Assembly (NCBI GenBank): GCA_016867115.1
Contig: VGKG01000001.1
Coordinates: 109,403 to 173,402, forward strand
Length of the DNA: 64,000 bases
Origin: Candidatus Omnitrophota bacterium
GTDB taxonomy: Bacteria; Omnitrophota; Gorgyraeia; Gygaellales; Profunditerraquicolaceae
Direction of reading: 5' to 3'
Numbering within the stretch: position 1 is the first letter of the stretch; each line of letters opens with the position of its first letter. Under the pieces are notes generated by a model, which was not told the DNA's origin, did no database searches, and saw only the letters and a program-made list of their open reading frames with translations. Below are positions 52,123 to 60,129 of this stretch, in pieces. The position numbers and the translations under genes were made by a program.

Positions 52123-52923
52123 TCAGTAGGTTTTTATGACCGTGCTGATATAAAAATAAAATGCCGGGGCGTTAAATAAAAGGCTGTCGATCTCATCCAG
52201 TATCCCGCCCATACCGGGAAGTATCTTTCCTGAATCCTTCATTCCGCAGTCGCGTTTGATCAGCGACTCCGATAAATCCCCTAACTGGCCGAGCGCTCCG
52301 AAAGAGAGCCCGATCAGGAGAAGGTGCGGATATGAAAAGCTCAGGAGCGGCTGACAGGCGAATGCCGCAAGCACGCTGAAAAATAACCCGGCTAAAGAGC
52401 CTTCCACGGTTTTTTTCGGGCTGATGCGCGGGAATAACGGGTTTTTGCCGAAACGCGAACCCGCAAAGTATGCGCCGATATCCCCGAGTTTTGTGATCAA
52501 GAGGATGCTCGCCAGGTATCCGGTGCCGCCGGGCAGATAACGGATCTTGATCAGAAAGCTGAAAAACCAGGAGATATAGAGTATGCCAAAGAGCGTGGTT
52601 GAGATATCCACGATCACCCCGTCGTTCCTGCGGCGCTTGAACTGCATCAGGATGAGCGCTAAAAGCCCCAGGACTATGAAGAGCAGCTCCCAGCGCGGGG
52701 TGGAGGCAAAACGCAGCATGATCGACAGGGGGATGAGCGTGCCCAGGAGCGTGCCGAAATATTTATAAGTGCATATGCCCTTCTTCTCAAGCATCCCGAA
52801 GAACTCATAGAGGCCGACGATGATAAAGGCGGTGACTGCCAGGCCGCAGAGCCAGTCGACGAAGATCACCCCGAGGATGATCGCTATCAGCACGATGCCG
52901 CTAATTATTCTTTTGATGACCAT
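52123..52923 (-). CDS. cdsA: Phosphatidate cytidylyltransferase
   Basis: Polytopic; C-terminal signature SxxKRxxGxKDxGxxxPGHGGxxDRxD (here SLIKRDCGMKDSGKILPGMGGILD); 266 aa. Confidence 0.85.
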   Translation of the reverse strand: MVIKRIISGIVLIAIILGVIFVDWLCGLAVTAFIIVGLYEFFGMLEKKGICTYKYFGTLLGTLIPLSIMLRFASTPRWELLFIVLGLLALILMQFKRRRNDGVIVDISTTLFGILYISWFFSFLIKIRYLPGGTGYLASILLITKLGDIGAYFAGSRFGKNPLFPRISPKKTVEGSLAGLFFSVLAAFACQPLLSFSYPHLLLIGLSFGALGQLGDLSESLIKRDCGMKDSGKILPGMGGILDEIDSLLFNAPAFYFYISTVIKTY

Positions 52924-53635
52924 CGTTAATTTTGCCGAACCTACGGTCCCTCTTCTGGTATTCGGCGACCGCTTTTTTAAGATCGTCTTTCTTGAAATCC
53001 GGCCAGTACTTCTTCGGGAAATAAAGTTCCGCGTAAGAAAGCTGCCAGAGGAGGAAATTGCTCAGGCGCGATTCACCACTCGTGCGGATCAACAGGTCCG
53101 GATCCGGAAGGCCCGAAGTATAAAGGTACCTGCTGAAGGTATCCGTATCCAATCCGTCGATGCTGGCCTCGCCCGTGCCCAGGTCCCTGACAAAGGACTT
53201 TATGGCATCCACGATCTCCTGCTTGCTTCCGTAATTCAGGGCCAGGACCACGGTCAGGCCGGTGTTATTACGCGTTTTATCCTGCGCCTCTTTCAACTTC
53301 TTCTGCAAGTATCCGGGGATAGGGTCCTGCCTGCCGATGACCTTGAAACGGATATTGTCCTTATGCAGTTTTTCTATTTCGCGGCCAAGGAAAGTGTCCA
53401 GATAACGCAGGAGCATCTGCACTTCTGCTTTCGGCCGGCTCCAGTTCTCCGAAGAAAAAGCGAAAAAGGTCACCACACCCACGCCCAGCTCTCTGCAGGC
53501 GCTGACCGCCTCCCTTACCCGCTCTACCCCTTCGCGGTGTCCGGCAGTGCGCGGCAGCCCCCGCTCTTTTGCCCAGCGGCCGTTGCCGTCCATGATGATG
53601 GCGATGTGCTTAGGTATATTATTCTGGCCGGTCAT
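52901..53635 (-). CDS. uppS: Undecaprenyl diphosphate synthase (isoprenyl transferase)
   Basis: HIAIIMDGNGRWA motif and the RTSGE region; 244 aa. Confidence 0.9.
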   Translation of the reverse strand: MTGQNNIPKHIAIIMDGNGRWAKERGLPRTAGHREGVERVREAVSACRELGVGVVTFFAFSSENWSRPKAEVQMLLRYLDTFLGREIEKLHKDNIRFKVIGRQDPIPGYLQKKLKEAQDKTRNNTGLTVVLALNYGSKQEIVDAIKSFVRDLGTGEASIDGLDTDTFSRYLYTSGLPDPDLLIRTSGESRLSNFLLWQLSYAELYFPKKYWPDFKKDDLKKAVAEYQKRDRRFGKINDGHQKNN

Positions 53636-53638
53636 TTT

Positions 53639-53666
53639 AGCTCTTGGCTATCAGCTCTTGGCTCTT
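53639..53666. repeat. Two 14-nt tandem repeats (AGCTCTTGGCT-ATC / AGCTCTTGGCT-CTT) immediately upstream of the uppS start codon
   Basis: Direct repeats at 53639-53652 and 53653-53666, followed by a GCTATGAGCCATGAGC near-palindrome. Confidence 0.4.
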
Positions 53667-53711
53667 AGCAAAGGCTTTTACCGCGGGCTATGAGCCATGA
53701 GCAATGAACTA

Positions 53712-55292
53712 CTACTGATGTACTCGGTAATCTATTCCGGGAAAGATGTTATCTCTGTATTCGATATCGGAAAGCCAGCCGTTGTCAATGGAATCAGACT
53801 TTATATCCTCATAAAGGCGGTTGAACCTGAGGAGATGGTCTTTGGTGCGGCGTACCGCGTAGTTCACGTGCGTGCCGGTCCCCATGATAAAAGCCCAGTC
53901 AGAGCTTTGCGCAAGCAGAAGCTCGCGCAGCGCCTGATTCAGGGCGCGCGCCTTCAGGCCGTCGGCATGCGGATAGCTTCTGGCCAGCTCCGTCATCTTG
54001 GCGGAGGCTTCATGCAGATGCCGGTAGATCCAGTCATTGGAACCCTGCAGCCACATCTCGCTGTAACCCTTCCAGCCCCAGCTGGAGAGGCTGGGAGTGA
54101 TCACCTGATTTCGGGGATTCTCCGCCAGATACTCCGAAGGCGTGATCAGGCGGATCTCATCCTGATCGCAGGCAATCTTGCGGATAAGGAAATTAAGCCA
54201 CTGCGGGCCCTCATACCACCAGTGGCCGAATAACTCGGCGTCATAAGGCGATACGAGCAGTGGCTTCTTCTGCATGAAGTCATTAAGATATTCCACCTGC
54301 TTCTGGCGGTTGAACATGAAATTTCCCGCATGTTCCGCCGCCCTCTCGGTCGCCCACTGGGGCACGTAAGGCTCCTTATGGTCGGTGGTGCCGGTGATAC
54401 GGAAATATTTTATGCCGGTGTTAATCCTGACCCCGTCGGGATGGATATAGGGCCGGATATAATCGTATTCCAGGTCAAAGCCGATATCGCGGTAAAACTC
54501 GCGGTAATTGTAGTCTCCGGGATAGCCTTCTATCGATGACCAGACCTGTTTAGAAGATTCAAGATCCCTGGCAAAACAGGCGACTCCCGTGCCCTTGCAA
54601 TAGACCGGGGCAAAGACCCCGTATTTCGGCCGCGGCGTTCCGTGCAGCACGCCGTGAGAATCGGTGAAGAAAAACTTTATGCCTGCCTCTTTCAGGATCT
54701 CGTCCTGCCCCGGCTGATATCCGCATTCTGGAAGCCAGATGCCGCGCGGCCTCCTTCCGAAAAGGCTCTCGTAGTGGCTGGCCGCCACCTTTACCTGGGC
54801 CCGGACAGATTCGCGGCAGACATCCATGAGCGGAAAATATCCGTGGGTGGCGCCGCAGGTGATGATCTCAAGCTTCCCCAGGTCCTGGAATTTCTTAAAG
54901 GCAAGGGCCAGATTCCGGCCGTATTTCTCGAAGGTGTCGCGCGCCTTGCAGAACTGGTTCAGGTAATGAATCGCCAGGTGCTGGAACTGCGGCTGCCAGC
55001 TGGTACGCTCGATCTCCTTATGCGAAAGCTCGATCAGCTTATTGATGTGATTAAGATAGCGCTCCTCAAGGAGCGGATCAGCCAGCATCGAGGAGAGCGT
55101 AGGGCTTAAGGTCATGGTCAGGCGGAAATCTACGCCGTCCTCACACAGCTTTTCAAAGACCTGGATCAGGGGGATGTAGGTCTCGGTGATCCCCTCATAA
55201 AGCCAGTCCTCTTCCAGAAAATCTTCATGTTCCGGGTGACGCACAAACGGCAGATGCCCGTGGAGCACCAGACACAAATATCCTTTATGCAT
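53712..55292 (-). CDS. GH57-family 1,4-alpha-glucan branching enzyme-like protein
   Basis: N-terminal LVLHGHLPFVRHPE motif typical of GH57 branching enzymes, and a C-terminal helical domain; 526 aa. Confidence 0.8.
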   Translation of the reverse strand: MHKGYLCLVLHGHLPFVRHPEHEDFLEEDWLYEGITETYIPLIQVFEKLCEDGVDFRLTMTLSPTLSSMLADPLLEERYLNHINKLIELSHKEIERTSWQPQFQHLAIHYLNQFCKARDTFEKYGRNLALAFKKFQDLGKLEIITCGATHGYFPLMDVCRESVRAQVKVAASHYESLFGRRPRGIWLPECGYQPGQDEILKEAGIKFFFTDSHGVLHGTPRPKYGVFAPVYCKGTGVACFARDLESSKQVWSSIEGYPGDYNYREFYRDIGFDLEYDYIRPYIHPDGVRINTGIKYFRITGTTDHKEPYVPQWATERAAEHAGNFMFNRQKQVEYLNDFMQKKPLLVSPYDAELFGHWWYEGPQWLNFLIRKIACDQDEIRLITPSEYLAENPRNQVITPSLSSWGWKGYSEMWLQGSNDWIYRHLHEASAKMTELARSYPHADGLKARALNQALRELLLAQSSDWAFIMGTGTHVNYAVRRTKDHLLRFNRLYEDIKSDSIDNGWLSDIEYRDNIFPGIDYRVHQ

Positions 55293-55329
55293 TTTTTAAC
55301 CTGGTTGATTGGGGGGTTAACAATTGATT

Positions 55330-56346
55330 TTACGCCTTGACCAGAATGCTGCTTTTGGTCTCTCGGGAGACTATCGGGGTGATGACCCGCTCTTCGATCT
55401 TGTCGCTAGAGACGCCTTTTACCGGGATCACCTGCTTCCCGTCGGGAAGGGCGAACCTGAGGCTGAAGGTCCCGTCAGGCCTTAACTTGATCTCCTTATC
55501 CTGGACGGTGACTGTGGCGTCCGGCTCAGTGGCGCCGTAGACGATCAGCTCGCAGTTCACCACCATCCAGAACTTCCGCTCCTTCGGCACTTTTTTCACC
55601 GGGCTTGCCATAGAGGCCATGCCGGGTGAAGCAAAGACGCCGGAGAAGAGCGCTCTCTTTACCCTTTCCTGCCACGCCTTGCCTACGGGCGAACTCTGGC
55701 CCAGGCCAAAGCCCATGCCGTAGAGGCGGGCGAACATATCCTCCGGGATCATCCATTCTTCGTCAGTGATCCAGGAGGGGCCTTCGATAGGGGTATGCGC
55801 GACATTAGAGCGCACGATGGTGATGAATCTTCCGTCGGGTAAAAGGAGCCCGTAATCCACGATCCAGGACTTGCCTGACCCGCCTGCGTCGATGTACCAG
55901 TTATTGGTATGCTCTGAAACAAAGATATCGAAATAACGGTGGGCATTTGAGCCGTTAAAATTTATCTGGCTTACGTCATAGACGCGCAGTGTCCGTTTTG
56001 CACGGTAGAAACTCTCGCCGAGCTCCGACTTAAACCGGTCGAATGTCTGGCCCCTTACCTCCCAGTAGGTGTGCAGCCACCAGGGGTCGCGCACCTGCAG
56101 GACGATCCTGTCCCGGTCATACTGGGAGGGAAGCTCCGTGGGCATCTCGCGCCTGGGCCGGGGTGCGATCTCCGGCTGGAAGAACTTTGCCTTCTCAACC
56201 ATTGTCTCGCGCTCGCCCATTATTTCTCTCTTCTCTTCTTCGGGCGGGGCAGACTTCTTAGCCGGTTTAGGCAGCTTTGCTTTGAGATTGATCTCTTTCT
56301 TAGCCAGTTCCCTGATCTTATCTTTGATCTTACGTATGATCGCCAT
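55330..56346 (-). CDS. DUF4912-like protein (commonly adjacent to GH57 glucan-branching genes)
   Basis: Lys-rich N-terminus then a conserved core (RIVLQVRDPWWLHTYWEV...); 338 aa. Family assignment is from memory. Confidence 0.55.
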   Translation of the reverse strand: MAIIRKIKDKIRELAKKEINLKAKLPKPAKKSAPPEEEKREIMGERETMVEKAKFFQPEIAPRPRREMPTELPSQYDRDRIVLQVRDPWWLHTYWEVRGQTFDRFKSELGESFYRAKRTLRVYDVSQINFNGSNAHRYFDIFVSEHTNNWYIDAGGSGKSWIVDYGLLLPDGRFITIVRSNVAHTPIEGPSWITDEEWMIPEDMFARLYGMGFGLGQSSPVGKAWQERVKRALFSGVFASPGMASMASPVKKVPKERKFWMVVNCELIVYGATEPDATVTVQDKEIKLRPDGTFSLRFALPDGKQVIPVKGVSSDKIEERVITPIVSRETKSSILVKA

Positions 56347-56366
56347 CTTTCCCTCCCGCGCTAATT

Positions 56367-56392
56367 AAAAAAGGGGAATTATCCCCTTTTTT
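56367..56392 (-). terminator. Bidirectional intrinsic terminator (AAAAAAGGGG-aattat-CCCCTTTTTT) downstream of the lipoprotein gene pair
   Basis: 10-bp stem of which 4 are GC, 6-nt loop, flanked by runs of 6 A and 6 T. Lies 40 nt after the stop at 56433. Confidence 0.55.
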
Positions 56393-56432
56393 AAGAACCT
56401 TTAAGCGTTCTTTGCTCTCCTTCAGTTCATGC

Positions 56433-56816
56433 TTATCTTTTCTGCTGTTTCGGCTTGCTGACCAGGGCCTCTTTAAGATCCTCTTCCAGGGCCTCTTTAA
56501 GCTTGGTCAATTTATCCATCTCTTCTTTCAGGCTCTGGCTTACCATCTGTTCCTGAGTCAGGGCTTTCCTGGCCGCTTCGTGGGCTGCCTTTTCATCCTG
56601 CAGCTCTTTTTCCTTGGCCTTGATCTTTTCTTCCAGGACCATTTTATCCTGGGAGGACTTGCTCAGCTTCTCTTCGGCGTCCAGCCTCTTGGACATCTCG
56701 GATTCGCGGATGGACAGGAGCTTGCGCTTCTCGTTACAGGAACCTACTCCGAAGACCAGGGAAGTGACGGTGACGATGATCAATATAAGGATGAGCCTGT
56801 TCTTGAATGCTTCCAT
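56433..56816 (-). CDS. Small coiled-coil lipoprotein
   Basis: Signal peptide with lipobox VGSC, followed by about 90 aa of Lys/Glu-rich heptad coiled-coil; 127 aa. Confidence 0.5.
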   Translation of the reverse strand: MEAFKNRLILILIIVTVTSLVFGVGSCNEKRKLLSIRESEMSKRLDAEEKLSKSSQDKMVLEEKIKAKEKELQDEKAAHEAARKALTQEQMVSQSLKEEMDKLTKLKEALEEDLKEALVSKPKQQKR

Positions 56817-56838
56817 TTTTATTCTTCCTCTTTAGCTT

Positions 56839-57477
56839 CTATTTCAGGTGCGACGGTATTCTTTCCTCTCCTGCCCCGGGCTTGACTTTGGTGACCCGCG
56901 GCTGGATGACGATCTCGACCCTGCGGTTCATCTGGCGTCCCCGGACAGTATCATTGGAGGCTACGGGCTGATTCTCCCCGAAGCCGATCGCAGAGAGGCG
57001 CCCGGCGGCAACCCCTTCGTTGTCGATCATATAATGCAGCACGCTTAATGCGCGGGCAGTAGAAAGCTCCCAGTTGGATTTCCATCCCGAATGCCTGATC
57101 GGCTGATTATCGGTGTAACCTTCGATGCCGACGCTGAAATCCGCCATGTTCTCCCTTAAGACCCTGGCTACCTTGTTCAATACCGGGTAAGCCTCCTGCC
57201 TGATCTTGGCTTTTCCGGAATCAAAAAGCAGGTCTCCGACCACCGTGATCACCAAGCCCTTTTCCATCATCTCGAGCTTAACCTGTTTATCCTGGATCTC
57301 GCCGGCCAACCTCTGCTCAAGGAGCCTCTTTGCCGCTGCCAACTGCTCTAACTCCGCGGATAGTTCCTCGATCTTCTGTATATCCGAACGCCGGCCCTTC
57401 TGGAAGATAAAGGTGCAACCGGCTAAAGAAAGGGCCAGAAAAAGAATAAATACGGTTTTGATTATTTTGCCTTTCAT
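56839..57477 (-). CDS. OmpA/MotB-domain lipoprotein (Pal-like; start trimmed to MKGKIIKTVFILFLALSLAGC)
   Basis: Lipobox LAGC, coiled-coil linker and a C-terminal OmpA-like peptidoglycan-binding domain (NQPIRHSGWKSNWELSTARA...NRRVEIVI). AGGAGG ribosome-binding site before the ATG at 57477. Confidence 0.8.
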   Translation of the reverse strand: MKGKIIKTVFILFLALSLAGCTFIFQKGRRSDIQKIEELSAELEQLAAAKRLLEQRLAGEIQDKQVKLEMMEKGLVITVVGDLLFDSGKAKIRQEAYPVLNKVARVLRENMADFSVGIEGYTDNQPIRHSGWKSNWELSTARALSVLHYMIDNEGVAAGRLSAIGFGENQPVASNDTVRGRQMNRRVEIVIQPRVTKVKPGAGEERIPSHLK

Positions 57478-57554
57478 GCTTGCCTCCTGTGTTGGGGTTA
57501 ATAAACTTAGCGGGATTCTAACTATAACACAATCAATATGTTTAGTCAAGAGGA

Positions 57555-58826
57555 TTATTTAATAAAAAGCGTATCCTTGCGGCTTGAGCCGATAGAGACT
57601 ATCGAGATCTTTGCCTTCAGGTCGTCCTTAAGGAAAGAAAGGTAGCTGCGCGCCCTTAGCGGTAAATCCTTATAATCCCTGATGCCGCTTGTACTTTCGC
57701 TCCAGCCGGGAAGCTCTTTATAAACGGGCTTTACATTCTCAAGCACCTCAAGATCATAGGGAAAGCCGCTAAATCTCTTACCTTTATATGTATAGGCAGT
57801 GCAGACCTTGACGGTCTTTAAGCCATCCAGGATATCCAGCTTCATGATCGCCAGCTCCGATATCCCGTTGATCATAATCGCCTGCCTGACCGTGACCGCA
57901 TCAAACCACCCGCAGCGCCGTGGCCGGCCTGTGGTGGCGCCGAACTCTCTTCCTTTATCGCGCATAAACTTGCCGAAATCCGCGTCAAACTCTGTGGGAA
58001 AAGGCCCCTCTCCCACGCGCGTGGTATAGGCTTTAGCCACGCCAATGACCTTATCGATCCTTACCGGAGAGACCCCTGTCCCGATACAGGCGCCGCCGGC
58101 AGTGGCTGACGAAGAAGTCACAAAAGGATAGGTCCCGAAGTCAATATCCAGATAGGTGCCCTGCGCTCCCTCAAAAAGGATCTCCCTGCCCTTTGTTACG
58201 GCACTGTTTAAAAGCAGGGCGGTATCGCAGATGTAGCTGCGAAAGACCTTGCCGTATTTCAAATATTGCGGATAGATGGAGGCAAACTCAAATCCCGGAT
58301 GCCGGTAGACCCTGCGGAAGACCTCGTTCTTCTCTGCCAGGTTATCCTTTAATTTTTCGCGCAGCGCCGCCGGGTTCAGAAGGTCGATCATCCTGATGCC
58401 GCAACGGCTGATCTTATCGGCGTAACAGGGCCCGATCCCCCGGCCGGTAGTGCCGATCTTGTGCGCCCTTTTGGTCTCACGCAACTTGTCAAGGATGCGG
58501 TGATAGGGCATGATCACATGGGCGAGGGTAGAGACTTTCAGCCTTCCGTCGATCTTTATGCCGGCCGACTTGATCGACTCAATCTCTTTCAGGAGGATCT
58601 CAGGGTCCACCACTACACCGTTACCGATACAGCAGATTTTACCTTTATGCAGGATCCCGGAAGGCATGAGATGGAATATATACTCTTTTTCTCCGGTGAC
58701 CACCGTGTGGCCGGCATTATTCCCGCCCTGATAGCGCACGATGTAATCGGCCTTCTCGGATAAGATATCGATAATCTTGCCCTTACCCTCATCACCCCAT
58801 TGCGTACCTACTAATACAACATTCAT
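57555..58826 (-). CDS. purA: Adenylosuccinate synthetase
   Basis: GTQWGDEGKGK P-loop at the N-terminus; 423 aa. Confidence 0.95.
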   Translation of the reverse strand: MNVVLVGTQWGDEGKGKIIDILSEKADYIVRYQGGNNAGHTVVTGEKEYIFHLMPSGILHKGKICCIGNGVVVDPEILLKEIESIKSAGIKIDGRLKVSTLAHVIMPYHRILDKLRETKRAHKIGTTGRGIGPCYADKISRCGIRMIDLLNPAALREKLKDNLAEKNEVFRRVYRHPGFEFASIYPQYLKYGKVFRSYICDTALLLNSAVTKGREILFEGAQGTYLDIDFGTYPFVTSSSATAGGACIGTGVSPVRIDKVIGVAKAYTTRVGEGPFPTEFDADFGKFMRDKGREFGATTGRPRRCGWFDAVTVRQAIMINGISELAIMKLDILDGLKTVKVCTAYTYKGKRFSGFPYDLEVLENVKPVYKELPGWSESTSGIRDYKDLPLRARSYLSFLKDDLKAKISIVSIGSSRKDTLFIK

Positions 58827-58834
58827 ATCGGTAT

Positions 58835-58869
58835 GGGTCGATAGTCAATAGTCGATAGACTATAGACCC
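58835..58869. repeat. Heptamer-repeat intergenic element, copy B (GGG-TCGATAG-TCAATAG-TCGATAG-ACTATAG-ACCC)
   Basis: Four tandem 7-mers of form (T/A)CNATAG flanked by GGG and ACCC; same termini as copy A at 35504-35571. Lies between the LeuA-like gene and purA. Confidence 0.45.
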
Positions 58870-58885
58870 GCCTCCTTGTCTTGAG

Positions 58886-60124
58886 TTACGGCGTCATGGT
58901 GAAGATCTTGCGCGCTATATCCGGATACGTGGCGATGAACTTCAATTCCTCATCCACTAAAGGCCTCTGGTTATGCACATTGGCGTACCTGACCAGCTCC
59001 AGTATCTTGGTCGCCTCTGCATCGTCCTTAAAAGGAACCTCCAGTTTTTCATAGACGTTCCGGAAGCCTTTGATCCCGGAATACTCGCCGGCAGTGATCT
59101 TGCGTCCGGTCTCGATTATCTCCGGCTCCCCTCTTCCCAGTTCCTCAAAGTCGTAGAGCTCGTAATTACGCCTGTCCTTGAGCGCTCCGTCGGCGTGGAT
59201 CCCGGACTCGTGCGCAAAGGCATTGGCTCCGACGCCCGGCTGGTTTATGGGTATGGGCACCCCGAAAGCGTATGAGGCATATTTGCAGATCTTCCAGCTG
59301 ACCTTCAGGTCCACCCGGTCATCCAGAAGATAATCCTGCATCCCGCTTCCGAACTTTATCGCCAGGATCACCGAGACCAGGTCTGCGTTCCCGGCGCGCT
59401 CGCCCATGCCGTTGACGCAGGTATTGATATAGGCGTCTTCGCCTGCGTCATTGGCGGCTTTTGCCCCGGCGATGGAATTGGCTACGACCATCCCCAGGTC
59501 ATTATGGCAATGCACCTCTATCGGGATCTTTACCCTCTCGGCCAGGATTTTGATCCTCTCGTAGATGGAAAAAGGCGTATCGAACCCCAGGGTATCGCAA
59601 TAACGGATGCGATCAGCTCCCGCCTCTTTAGCGGCCAGCGCAAACTCGATCAGATATTCTACGCGCGTGCGCGAGGCATCCTCGGCATTCACGCCGATCG
59701 AATCCGCGCCTTCTTTCCGCGCTTCTTTTACTGCCTCCATCATCTCCTGGATCACCGAGGCATGGTCAAGCTTGCCCTTGAACTTATGGGTGATCATCTG
59801 GTCGGAGGTTGAGATGGAAAGATTCACGTGCTTAAGATGCGGCACGAGTTTAAAGGCGTTCCTTACGTCTTCTTTGGTGGCGCGCAGCCAACCCCCGAGC
59901 CTGATGGGTTTCATTCCACCCTTCTGGACGAGTTCAAGGTTGGCGTTCAGGTAATTAGTCTCATGGCGCGTCAGCGGAAAGCCGAACTCCGACTGGAATA
60001 CCCCCATCTCATTCAGGAAGGTATTAATCATCGTCTTCTGAAGCTTGGATAAGCAGATACGCGAGGTCTGCACTCCGTCGCGGTTAGTGACGTCGATAAG
60101 ATAGGTCTTCGGTTTCTTTGCCAT
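58886..60124 (-). CDS. Short LeuA/homocitrate-synthase-family protein (HMGL-like DRE-TIM barrel without the LeuA regulatory domain); candidate homocitrate or citramalate synthase
   Basis: TLRDGEQ-type N-terminus (DVTNRDGVQ) and HxH metal site (EVHCHND); approximately 412 aa. ATG at 60124 has a GAGGTGA Shine-Dalgarno; the ORF-track GTG start at 60133 is less likely. Confidence 0.8.
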   Translation of the reverse strand: MAKKPKTYLIDVTNRDGVQTSRICLSKLQKTMINTFLNEMGVFQSEFGFPLTRHETNYLNANLELVQKGGMKPIRLGGWLRATKEDVRNAFKLVPHLKHVNLSISTSDQMITHKFKGKLDHASVIQEMMEAVKEARKEGADSIGVNAEDASRTRVEYLIEFALAAKEAGADRIRYCDTLGFDTPFSIYERIKILAERVKIPIEVHCHNDLGMVVANSIAGAKAANDAGEDAYINTCVNGMGERAGNADLVSVILAIKFGSGMQDYLLDDRVDLKVSWKICKYASYAFGVPIPINQPGVGANAFAHESGIHADGALKDRRNYELYDFEELGRGEPEIIETGRKITAGEYSGIKGFRNVYEKLEVPFKDDAEATKILELVRYANVHNQRPLVDEELKFIATYPDIARKIFTMTP

Positions 60125-60129
60125 TTTTA

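Noticed and set aside
55293-55329. TTAACC...GGTTAA inverted repeat between the GH57 and DUF4912 genes
   Set aside because: A 6-bp stem with a 13-nt loop is too weak and too short to interpret, and there is no flanking U-tract.
58806-58821. CCTACTAATACAAC near the purA start, resembling the CCTACTAACTACTG UTR motif
   Set aside because: It is inside the purA coding region (encodes MNVVLVG) and matches only the first 8 nt. Probably coincidental.
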